Shown here in pieces: positions 19,751 through 28,238 of a DNA stretch of 64,000 nt. Every line of letters begins with the position of its first letter. The stretch's first letter is position 1. A program made the translations under genes and the position numbers. Below the pieces are notes generated by a model. That model saw only the letters and a list, made by a program, of their open reading frames with translations, was not told the origin of the DNA and did not search any database. The stretch covers positions 244,602-308,601 of the forward strand of contig CAWBOS010000011.1 of assembly GCA_963790475.1 (NCBI GenBank). The letters run 5' to 3'. The DNA comes from an uncultured delta proteobacterium. Its GTDB lineage: Bacteria; Desulfobacterota; RBG-13-43-22.

Positions 19751-20002
19751 GCTGAAATTTCAAAGGTTAATGTGTCAGCGATAACTTCACTGCACCAATC
19801 ACTCATCAGGATCAAGAAATCTTTTGCGGTTTCCTGATGATTTTATGTTCTCCCTTACCCATCAAGAGGTTAGAAACTTGAGGCCTTTTCAGAGCAAGTC
19901 GTGGGTCTTGGGGTCGCATATTGAAGGTACACAAGTTTAGGAAATGAAGGGGACGTGGCCTTTATCCCCAGTGAGCATTGCATTAGCCCGTTGAAAAATA
20001 GC

Positions 20003-20032
20003 TTGACATGTGCATACGAATGTACATATACT
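20003..20032 (+). promoter_or_regulatory. Sigma-70 promoter of brnTA with palindromic operator
   Basis: TTGACA-N18-TATACT; the spacer holds the inverted repeat tgtgcat-acga-atgtaca. Confidence 0.75.
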
Positions 20033-20038
20033 TTTCTT

Positions 20039-20305
20039 GTGTTCGAGTGGGACCCAAACAAAGACCGACTGAACCAGAAAAAGCACGGAGTGGGTTTCGC
20101 GGATACCTTCGCCGTATTTGAAGATCCGAACGCTCTCACCATGGAAGACTACGAACACGGTGAAGAACGTCAGGTGACTGTCGGAATGGATTGCTTCGGC
20201 AGAATTCTTGTCGTGGTTTATCGGTGGCGTGACGAAAACATCCGAATCATATCTGCGAGGAAAGCAACAAGATCAGAGGTAAAAGGCTATGAAACTCAAT
20301 TATGA
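20039..20305 (+). CDS. brnT: BrnT family type II toxin (RNase)
   Basis: FEWDPNKDRLNQKKHGVGF...IRIISARKAT..E..Y; GTG start at 20039 preferred over the track start. Confidence 0.9.
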   Translation: MFEWDPNKDRLNQKKHGVGFADTFAVFEDPNALTMEDYEHGEERQVTVGMDCFGRILVVVYRWRDENIRIISARKATRSEVKGYETQL

Positions 20306-20543
20306 TTTTAGTAAGGCTCGGCGGGGAGCAGTGATTCCTCCCTCGGGCAACAAAGTCAGGATTACCATTCGACTGGACAGGGACATTATAGAATGGTTCA
20401 AGTCGCGGGTGGAAGAATCTGGGGGCGGAAATTATCAGACCCTGCTTAACAATGCCCTCCATGAATACATCACGAATCGGGACGAGACTATCGAAAAGGT
20501 CCTTCGACGAGTTGTCCGCGAGGAATTGCATGCTGTCCGCTGA
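20289..20543 (+). CDS. brnA: BrnA family antitoxin
   Basis: YDFSKARRG...KVRITIRLD.DII.WFK...NYQTLLN.AL; overlaps brnT. Confidence 0.9.
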   Translation: MKLNYDFSKARRGAVIPPSGNKVRITIRLDRDIIEWFKSRVEESGGGNYQTLLNNALHEYITNRDETIEKVLRRVVREELHAVR

Positions 20544-20600
20544 GGCAAAGGCGAACCAAGGCAGAAAACAAAGGGGACCGACCCCTTCTACAATTGTTAC

Positions 20601-20735
20601 ATGTACGACTGTCTGACCGATGGAATTTTGCAGGTCCGCCGGGGCCTGGTCCAAGTCAGGCCCGGCTATGATGGGGTTTATGGGCAGGTAAAAATTTCCC
20701 GAAATGATAGACCTTCCATAAAATCCTCTCCGCAA
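20601..20735 (+). repeat. Mosaic repeat module B (EndoQ-like C-terminal fragment)
   Basis: DCLTDGILQVRRGLVQVRPGYDGVYGQVKIS. Confidence 0.8.
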
Positions 20736-20999
20736 CACCAAGAGTGGCTTTACGCGGGGAGCCGATGGCTGGCGGCAACGGGTCGGCCTGATAGGCGCGT
20801 AGAAGGCCAAGCAGACCCTGACCTCTGTAGGAAACATTTGTTATTTCCTCTGTTTTTTTGTATAATTAAAATGGCTTAAAATCGGGAGGTTAGGATAGTC
20901 AAAATTAGGAGGGTTTTTCCCGCACGAATGTGGTAAAAAATGAAGGACATTGTCATTAATAAAATTATGGCTTAAAACTTGACGGAGGAGGTTATCTAA

Positions 21000-21185
21000 A
21001 TGGAAGACCTTACGCCCAAACAGATTCGTCAAATGTTCCGAGATTTCGGCCTGGAAGGAGAAGAGCAACGAGAATCATTTCGCCCACTGGCCCCACCCAC
21101 AGGAGAAGACACTAAAGCGTCGGGGCAATTGTTCATTCGTATCGTGCCGTCGACTTCTCTCGAAGAGGAGCAAGAGTATGCCTAA
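21000..21185 (+). CDS. Small acidic hypothetical protein coupled to the Clp-fold protease
   Basis: GGAGG RBS; stop overlaps the ATG at 21178. Confidence 0.65.
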   Translation: MEDLTPKQIRQMFRDFGLEGEEQRESFRPLAPPTGEDTKASGQLFIRIVPSTSLEEEQEYA

Positions 21186-22119
21186 CTGGAACACCATCCT
21201 GGAAGATATTAGAAAACGCGGTGGTACTCATGACGTTGTACGACGTGAGTATTTGTACAAACTACATAAATTGACCGGACGCAATGTCATTGTGTACTAC
21301 TCAGGATGGCTCCAGAAGCCTGGGTTATTGGGTTCTGACATCAACGACGCAGACAAAAATGGGTTTATGACTGCAATCCATCAACTGGATCGCTCAAAAG
21401 GACTTGATCTTATCTTACATACGCCTGGCGGAGGAACGGCAGCTACAGAGTCTCTGGTTGATTATCTCTACTCTATGTTCAATACGAATATAAGAGCTAT
21501 TGTCCCGCAGATTGCATTGTCCGCTGGCACAATGATCGCTTGCGCCTGTCGCGAGATTCTTATGGGTAAACATTCTAGCCTCGGACCAATTGATCCCCAA
21601 TTTGGCAACGTTCCTGCCCATGGAATCATTGAAGAATTTAAGCGCGCCCACGAAGAAATCAAAGCCGACCCCTCCAAAATCCCAGTATGGCAACCTATCA
21701 TTGCAAAGTACCAGCCCACCCTAGTTGGCGAGTGTGAGAAGGCTATTAAATGGTCTATCAATATGACCCGGGAGTGGTTGCTCCGGGGCATGCTTGCAGG
21801 AAAGCCTGATGCTGAAGCAAAGGCTGATGCCATCTTAAATGAACTCGTTGATCATTCGCTCACATTATCTCATGCACGGCACCTTTCCGCGAGCAAATGT
21901 AAAAGTATCGGTCTTGAAGTTGTCATGCTTGAAGATGATCATAAACTCCAGGAAGCGGTGCTTTCAGTGCACCATGCCCTGATTCACACACTTTCCGCAA
22001 CCGGGGCATTCAAAATTATCGAGAACCATAAGGGTGTAGCTTTTATTCTGATATTTCAGCCTGCTATCGTTCAAGGTCCCGGGGGTAAACAACAATTAGC
22101 AGAAGCTCCAATGGCATAA
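21178..22119 (+). CDS. SDH-family Clp-fold serine protease (S49-like)
   Basis: GLDLILHTPGG, VPQIALSAGTMIA, MGKHSSLGPIDPQ and SHARH motifs. Confidence 0.85.
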   Translation: MPNWNTILEDIRKRGGTHDVVRREYLYKLHKLTGRNVIVYYSGWLQKPGLLGSDINDADKNGFMTAIHQLDRSKGLDLILHTPGGGTAATESLVDYLYSMFNTNIRAIVPQIALSAGTMIACACREILMGKHSSLGPIDPQFGNVPAHGIIEEFKRAHEEIKADPSKIPVWQPIIAKYQPTLVGECEKAIKWSINMTREWLLRGMLAGKPDAEAKADAILNELVDHSLTLSHARHLSASKCKSIGLEVVMLEDDHKLQEAVLSVHHALIHTLSATGAFKIIENHKGVAFILIFQPAIVQGPGGKQQLAEAPMA

Positions 22120-22218
22120 CGATAACGCCCACTCTACCGCCCTATAAGCCCTTGAGCCTTGAGGCGCCCTACTACTTTTCTAAAATTTACCTCAATTAAA
22201 CATGAAAAATAAAACTGT

Positions 22219-22503
22219 AAAGGGGTCTCCGATTGACTTATTAAACCGATACAGGGACTAAAGGAACATGAGCAGGCCACTGTGGATAGAATATGAGGGA
22301 GCCCGATATCATGTGATGAACCAAGGGAAGGCGGTTGCATCCCCCGGAGATCCTTTCTTTCAATGGTCCCAGTTCCGCTCTCCCATCTTCCGTCCCTGTC
22401 TAATTTTTTTGCCACCGGACGATGAACGCTCAACACCGAACATCTTCTCCTTTTTTCCTTGCCCCTCTCCCCTCTTTTCTTTTTAGTAAACGTTCCTGTC
22501 AAA
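22219..22503 (+). repeat. Mosaic repeat copy: RAYT left end / 5' remnant fused to module C
   Basis: MSRPLWIEYEGARYHVMNQG, then from ~22340 cccggagatcct..ctttcaatggtcc.agttccgc...gatgaacgctcaac...ttttagtaaac. Confidence 0.8.
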
Positions 22504-22534
22504 CGGCGGACTTCAAAAAAAAATTTCTTAGGGC

Positions 22535-23401
22535 TCAATATTTCTTTTTAGCCTGTTCATTGAAAGGACCGTCACGAAATTCCAGCCAGCCCTTGAATCC
22601 CTTTTCCCGGGAGTGTTTGGATGCTTCGGCATTCCAGTCTGCGGACTCCTTGGTGGCATGGGTCATCTGGTGCCAGACATATTGATATTCAAAAGCCATG
22701 GCCATTCCCATAAAGTCCTGGGCCTTGTTCATGGCGCGTTTGGTCAGGGCCACGGAAACCGGGGGCATCAGGGCAATCCGCTCAGCCAGTTTCAGGGCCT
22801 CGGCATCCAACCGATCATTCGCCACGATCCGGTTAATCATGCCCAGGCGCTCTGCCTCTTCCAGAGGAATAATATCCCCGGTCCACAGGTATTCCTTGGT
22901 CTTCCGGAAGCCTATCTCAAAGGGAAGAACCATCACTTCCCCGCCGCTGCCGCAATGGCGGATCGAGGGATTCCATAGCCGGGTATCCTCGGCCGCAATA
23001 ATGATATCACACATACAGGCCAGCATGATTCCCCCCAGCACCACGTTGCCTTTGATAGCGGCGATGGTAGGTTTTTTCAGATTTCGGATGGCCAGGCATT
23101 TACTCAAATAATATTCATCCTCCAACTCCAGACGATCTTCAACACTTCTGCGGTGACGTTCCCGATAGTCCTGCTGGAGTTCATCACCGGGGATAGGACT
23201 CAAATCATGCCCGCTGGAAAAGGATTTTCCGGCCCCGCACAGGATAATCACCCGGATGTTCGGATCCCGATCCGCCTTTTGGGCCGCCTCATCGAGCTCC
23301 AGAATCAACCTGGCGTTCTGGGCATTGTGGGTCTCCGGCCGGTTGAGCGTAATCCGGACCACAGGACCTATTTCCTCATAAAGTATAGCCTGCCTTTCCA
23401 T
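22535..23401 (-). CDS. Enoyl-CoA hydratase/isomerase (crotonase) family protein
   Basis: ITLNRPETHNA, FSSGHDL, KPTIAAIKG...GG motifs; ATG at 23401 with AGGAGG RBS. Confidence 0.92.
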   Translation of the reverse strand: MERQAILYEEIGPVVRITLNRPETHNAQNARLILELDEAAQKADRDPNIRVIILCGAGKSFSSGHDLSPIPGDELQQDYRERHRRSVEDRLELEDEYYLSKCLAIRNLKKPTIAAIKGNVVLGGIMLACMCDIIIAAEDTRLWNPSIRHCGSGGEVMVLPFEIGFRKTKEYLWTGDIIPLEEAERLGMINRIVANDRLDAEALKLAERIALMPPVSVALTKRAMNKAQDFMGMAMAFEYQYVWHQMTHATKESADWNAEASKHSREKGFKGWLEFRDGPFNEQAKKKY

Positions 23402-23778
23402 CGTTTTCCTCCTTTGATTATTAGATTTACCCCCCCTGGAGTTGATCACCGAATCGACAGGCTCGGTTGTCTGTCCGTCCCGCGCCGCCGAAAACTCGCC
23501 GGTGCATCTTTTCTCCTACACATCAGCTATATACCTTTGCAAGGTCCTCTGTCACGACAATTTATAGAGGCCGCAAGGCATGGTGGCCTTCATAAAACCT
23601 CTCATAATAAAGCGGACCATTGCAGGCCATATTGCCGGTGGCTTCCAGACGCAATCTGCCGACGGGCCCGTCCTTATTCGCAAAACATTTCGGATTTATC
23701 ATCCTTCCAGATGCTATCAAAGGATTGTTTTGATGAGTGAAGGTGGTCCCCAACAATTGGTCAATGTTCACGTTTCCC

Positions 23779-24687
23779 CTATTTTATTTTCCAGTTTCGG
23801 TAGGCCCGGAGGGGCAGGATAAGACCAAAGAATGGAATCATATACATGGCGGCCACTGTGGGCTCCAGGGGTGTGAAGAATTGAGAGCTAAAAACGATTA
23901 CGAGCACATTGTTCATGATGCCAAGGCTAATGATTGCGGCCAATTGATCCTGCAATGGCCTCCCCCAAGCCAGAATAAGGCCTGATAATAGATAGAGGCC
24001 GCCGAGAATGATCGCCACCAGGATCGATACCGCGATTGTCCCAGGTCTTTGATAGAAAAAGTCAGAGTATTTGGAAAATATTCCCAAGTTGGTCAAAGCA
24101 AAAAGAACCAAAGCGATATAATACTGGTTCTTCATCAATGTCTGAGTAAGTCCCTCCGAAAACTTTCTAACCCCTTCAGCCAGTAAAATGGGAATGAAGA
24201 TGACCATAGACAAAAGCCTGATCATGCTTAATAGAGAAATATCCAGCGCCTTTCCGAAAAGAAAATCCACGAGCGCAGGGAGAGTGAAAGGAACCAGGAG
24301 CGACGATATGATGACCATGACGAGAACGACGGATGTGTTGGCTCCAAGAAGATTCGAGATGAAGGGCGCAACAACACCAGTGGATATCCCGCTCAAAAGC
24401 AAGGCAGACAAAGCATATTCGGGCCATATAATTTTGAATAGGATAGCGATCGTCAATGGCAGGAGGATCATTCGTATGACCAGAAAAAGCGAGATTTCCC
24501 CGAGAGATTCTGTCAGGGTCTTCTTAATGTCGGCAATGCGAAGAGGAAGAAAACTAAGAAATAGGAGGGTCATCATGGAATAAAAAGGGACGGGCTGAAA
24601 AATAGAGCTAAAACCAGGGGAAAAGATTCCTGTAAGAATGGATGAATAGATCACCACTAAGAGAATCGCATCTTTTGCACGAAACAT
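23779..24687 (-). CDS. Bile acid:sodium symporter (BASS)-like membrane transporter
   Basis: About 10 TM helices; STGVVAP...LGAN...SSLLVPFTLP pattern. Confidence 0.7.
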   Translation of the reverse strand: MFRAKDAILLVVIYSSILTGIFSPGFSSIFQPVPFYSMMTLLFLSFLPLRIADIKKTLTESLGEISLFLVIRMILLPLTIAILFKIIWPEYALSALLLSGISTGVVAPFISNLLGANTSVVLVMVIISSLLVPFTLPALVDFLFGKALDISLLSMIRLLSMVIFIPILLAEGVRKFSEGLTQTLMKNQYYIALVLFALTNLGIFSKYSDFFYQRPGTIAVSILVAIILGGLYLLSGLILAWGRPLQDQLAAIISLGIMNNVLVIVFSSQFFTPLEPTVAAMYMIPFFGLILPLRAYRNWKIK

Positions 24688-24938
24688 CCTTTAACCTCTC
24701 CCTCCTCTATCCAACGACAATAGAAGAGCGATTTCCGACCTTTGTTCAGACAATAAGGAGTCTTTTTGGGGAGTCAGAGATTACGGGATTGGGTCTTGTG
24801 TGTCAAGACAAAATCAATCCACGATGTCGGGCGGTTTTACCTATCGAGATATTAGTCATTTGTTGGGTGTTGATTTTCTCAAACTGATATTTAGTAAAAT
24901 TCGCTTACTACATTGAAGGAACCCCAAACCATCGATTC

Positions 24939-25060
24939 TCATTCTTCTTTTGATGTCCTTCTTCCAGGGCAAAATGGACATTCAGTTCCATGGCTTCTGT
25001 TGTTGATAATCGCTTTCCATTCATGACCTCTCGAACAGATCCACCAAACTATTATGGAAT
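24939..25060 (-). pseudogene. Isolated DUF4379-type zinc-ribbon fragment
   Basis: Minus strand reads IVWWICSRGHEWKAIINNRSHGTECPFCPGRR (not in the ORF track). Confidence 0.6.
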
Positions 25061-25152
25061 GACTTAGGATTAAAGCAAAGGGAATCTCTGGCGATTAAAA
25101 GCGAAATAATCGAAAAAGGATGTTAAGAGATTGAGTTGCAAGAGCAGGAAAT

Positions 25153-25186
25153 TAAAAAAGGGGGAATAGTTTAATATCCCCCCTTT
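25153..25186 (-). terminator. Rho-independent terminator
   Basis: aaaggggga ... tcccccttt stem with a U-tract on the minus strand, after the stop at 25208. Confidence 0.7.
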
Positions 25187-25207
25187 GTGGAAATTTATGA
25201 AAAGAGA

Positions 25208-25426
25208 TTATTTCTTTTCCGCAGGAGCTGCAGGAGCTTCTTCTTTCTTTTCTTCCTTCTTCACTTTGGCTTTCTTTACCACCTTTTTCTTTGCTGCCTT
25301 TTTCTTCACCGGGGCCTTTTCTTCAGCCTTGGCCGGTTCAGAAGCAGCCTTTTCCTCAGCGGCGAAAGCAAAGGAAACCGTCATCGCGAAAGCCATTGCC
25401 ATAAGCAACGTAATCATCTTCTTCAT
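25208..25426 (-). CDS. Small secreted Lys/Ala/Glu-rich protein (Asr/histone-like composition)
   Basis: Signal peptide ending AFA; KKKAAKKKVVKKAK tract; GGAGG RBS; own terminator. Confidence 0.8.
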   Translation of the reverse strand: MKKMITLLMAMAFAMTVSFAFAAEEKAASEPAKAEEKAPVKKKAAKKKVVKKAKVKKEEKKEEAPAAPAEKK

Positions 25427-25766
25427 ATCGATTCACCTCCTTATTTAGTAAAATTTATCAGCAATTTTTTGATATTTTTTTGAATGCTTATATTTTATTA
25501 AGGCATAATTCATGCCAATATAATTAATAACGTTTTTACAATAAGTTGGATAAAATAGGGTTTTTTTGAAAGGGAAATATTGCAAATCTTGGGAAATATC
25601 TGGAAACTTATCTTAGAATTTATAATTTCTGGAAAGTAATTATTATAAGACCGCCCCGGGGATTGGAATATACGGCCGTGGTCATTCCCATTCTCATTCA
25701 GCACTATATCTCCTTTCAGAGAAACAGGACCTATACCGGGGCTACCAGGGGGAAAAAGTTGGTATT

Positions 25767-25873
25767 AAAAGGGTCAACTCTCCGGTTCCTGAAAAACAAG
25801 AGGTTAAAAAAGAGCTATGAGATTTTAAGGAAAGGTTTAATAATAGGTCAAATGGAGAACCTGACCCCTTTTT
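25767..25873. mobile_element. Mini RAYT-derived element with terminal inverted repeats
   Basis: Left aaaagggtcaactctccggtt; right aataggtcaaatggagaacctgacccctttt, an imperfect inverse of the motif preceding the RAYT remnants. Confidence 0.55.
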
Positions 25874-25912
25874 AACACCATAAATTCAAATGCTAAATAC
25901 AAGGAGGTAGAA

Positions 25913-26122
25913 ATGGGCAATCGTCTTAAGGATAAAATTGCCATCATAGAAAAGAAAACGATCAGAGAAATTCGGGATGGTCTTGTCCCATTGAAGGGCG
26001 GGCAGGGAACTGCCTGGGACACGGCCTATGCCGCTCTTTTCCTGGCATCCGATGAAGCAAAGTTTATTACTTCAATCTATCTGCCTGTCGACGGGGGACA
26101 ATGTGCGAAAATCGGGTCATGA
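25913..26122 (+). pseudogene. Internally deleted SDR oxidoreductase
   Basis: N-terminus [12 protein letters not shown] joined in frame to the C-terminus [25 protein letters not shown]...VDGG; Rossmann and catalytic core missing. Confidence 0.8.
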
Positions 26123-26247
26123 AACGGGTTGGGAGTTGATTGGAGATTAAGAATATTATAATGATGTGTTAAAATCAAAGACCTTGAAGGGGTTGGTCTC
26201 GTCCGCCCCCCCCCAGGATCCAAGACCCAAGAACATAAGGAGATAGG

Positions 26248-27291
26248 ATGGGCAAACAGCAGCAAATTACCGAACCATGTGAACTTCTCGACGAAAACGG
26301 GTTGTTGACAAAACCGGGGTATGCCACAAGGGCCTTCTGGCGCTATGACCGAAACAAAATCAAGGCTGGCTGGTATCGGATTAAGGAATGGGATTATTAT
26401 GCGGTCCTTTGCCAGGAAGAAGGATTCGGTATCAGCTTTGCCATGGCCGATCTGGGTTATATCGGGTCGGCCGGCGTCGGTTGGCTTGATTTTAAGGAAA
26501 AAAACTACAGGCATATCGGATCGACGTTGAATTTACCCAAAGGGAAAATGGGATTCCCTTCAACCCCGGATAAAGGAGAAGTGGCCTTCGCCGACAAAAA
26601 GATAAGGCTCAAGTATATCGTGTCCGGCCCCGAAAGGATTATTCAGGTTGAAGCGCCGGGGTTCATCGATAATAAAGGGCGAAAGGGTCTCAAAGGAGAG
26701 CTGAGATTATACCAAGACCCGGAAATGGACAGCATGGTCATCGCCACTTCCTGGGAGGAAAATCGAAAGGCTTTTTATTACAATCAAAAAACTAATTGTA
26801 TGCCGGCCAGGGGAACCATTACCATAGGCGACCGGCCGTACGAGTTCAATCCGCAATCCTGTTTCGGGGTACTGGACTGGGGGCGGGGGAACTGGACCTA
26901 TAAAAACAGGTGGTATTGGGGATCGGCCTCGGGTCTGCTCAATGGGCACCCCTTCGGCTGGAATATCGGCTATGGTTTCAGCGATCGTTCACCGGCCACG
27001 GAAAATATGCTGTTTTATGATAATAAGGCTCACAAACTGGAAGAGGTGGCTTTTCATATCAACACCGACGATTACCTGGCACCCTGGAAATTTGCCAGCA
27101 ACGACGGGCGGTTTGAGATGGACTTCACTCCTATTCTTGACCGGCATGCCGCTTCGGAAATTTTGTTTTTAAAGACCGTTCAACACCAAGTCTTCGGGAC
27201 CTTCGATGGTAAGGCGGTGCTTGACGACGGAACGGTACTTCAAGTCTCCAATTTCCTCGGGTTTGCCGAAGATGTATTGAACTGGTGGTGA
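26248..27291 (+). CDS. DUF2804-family protein
   Basis: RIKEWDYY, FYYNQK, LDWGRGNW...WYWGS and TVQHQVFG.F.G motifs. Confidence 0.85.
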   Translation: MGKQQQITEPCELLDENGLLTKPGYATRAFWRYDRNKIKAGWYRIKEWDYYAVLCQEEGFGISFAMADLGYIGSAGVGWLDFKEKNYRHIGSTLNLPKGKMGFPSTPDKGEVAFADKKIRLKYIVSGPERIIQVEAPGFIDNKGRKGLKGELRLYQDPEMDSMVIATSWEENRKAFYYNQKTNCMPARGTITIGDRPYEFNPQSCFGVLDWGRGNWTYKNRWYWGSASGLLNGHPFGWNIGYGFSDRSPATENMLFYDNKAHKLEEVAFHINTDDYLAPWKFASNDGRFEMDFTPILDRHAASEILFLKTVQHQVFGTFDGKAVLDDGTVLQVSNFLGFAEDVLNWW

Positions 27292-27310
27292 TTTTTTACA
27301 TAGTAATAAT

Positions 27311-27733
27311 TGGGTTAAGTCTCCGGTTGACTTATAAACCGATATGGATACCAAAGGAATATGAGGGAACCTGGTATCATGTGATGAACCAGGGGAGGAG
27401 ATCGGATCGGATTTTTAAAGACCGGAACGATTATCGGTTGTTGATTGACTTGATGGAGGATATAACCTGGGGTGCCCTGCTTTGACGAGATTGACGATTT
27501 AGCTGAGGGAGGGAAGACAAAAACAAAATGCAAAAAAATGGACCCCCGACTGTGAACTTCATTGAACGGCTGTCTCGGCCCCTGCCAGAAACCAAGACAA
27601 GGCCGTCTTCAAAGACCGCCAAGACTGTGAATTTTTTCTTGAGGTAAAAAGCTAAACATTATAGATCCGCCCTCCATGTTCTGTCCCGGTGTTAAGATTT
27701 TTTCTCCTGACGACGAACGATGAACGCGCAACG
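27311..27733 (+). repeat. Mosaic repeat copy: RAYT 5' remnant, a second RAYT-like scrap (27570-27645) and partial module C (27662-27733)
   Basis: EYEGTWYHVMNQGRRSDRIFKDRNDY; SRPL..NQDKAVFKDRQDCEFFLEV; tccgccctccatgttct...acgatgaacgc. Confidence 0.75.
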
Positions 27734-28029
27734 GTGAGCGTCTCAGATTTTCCTGGCTTTTCCGTTTCCTTTGTTGTTTAATAAGTTTGTTTTCTTGAAT
27801 ATAAAGAAAAAAATTACCCGGAGATTCTTCATCCTTTTTTGGAGGCAAATCCTAACCCTTTATGGGAAACTTATCGCGCTTATGTGAAAAAAAATACCCC
27901 AAAGAGAGAAAATGAGGAGACAAAAAAAGTAATTCAGGACCGAGACTTGAAAGGGGATGATTCATTTTATGAACCTATTTGATACGTAAGACTTTAAAAA
28001 AAGTTTAAGTTTTTTGAAACAGAGATAAA

Positions 28030-28045
28030 TGGCATAAAAACTGCT
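28030..28045 (+). promoter_or_regulatory. Sigma-54 -24/-12 promoter
   Basis: TGGCATA-AAAA-CTGCT, near-identical to 9049-9064 and with the same upstream block. Confidence 0.65.
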
Positions 28046-28238
28046 TTATTAATTAGTATCTATCTTCAGAGGTTTCCTTTCCGAATGAATAAGTATTCAG
28101 CCTTTTTAGCTGTTTTTAATCTGTTTTATTTTGGATTAGCAGTAGCAAGAGTCAAACGTAAGCTTAATCCCTTTATTGGCACATTAGGTCTCCCGCCTGT
28201 TATGAATAGACATAGTCGGGGGAGATTGTTCTGCCCAT

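Noticed and set aside
22268-22486. 72-aa ORF as a functional RAYT
   Set aside because: Only ~20 N-terminal residues match. The HUH and catalytic Tyr regions are absent and the remainder is module C read-through.
23453-23464. 12-bp match (atcgacaggctc) to the IS1182 right IR
   Set aside because: No CTAG flank, partner IR or transposase remnant nearby.
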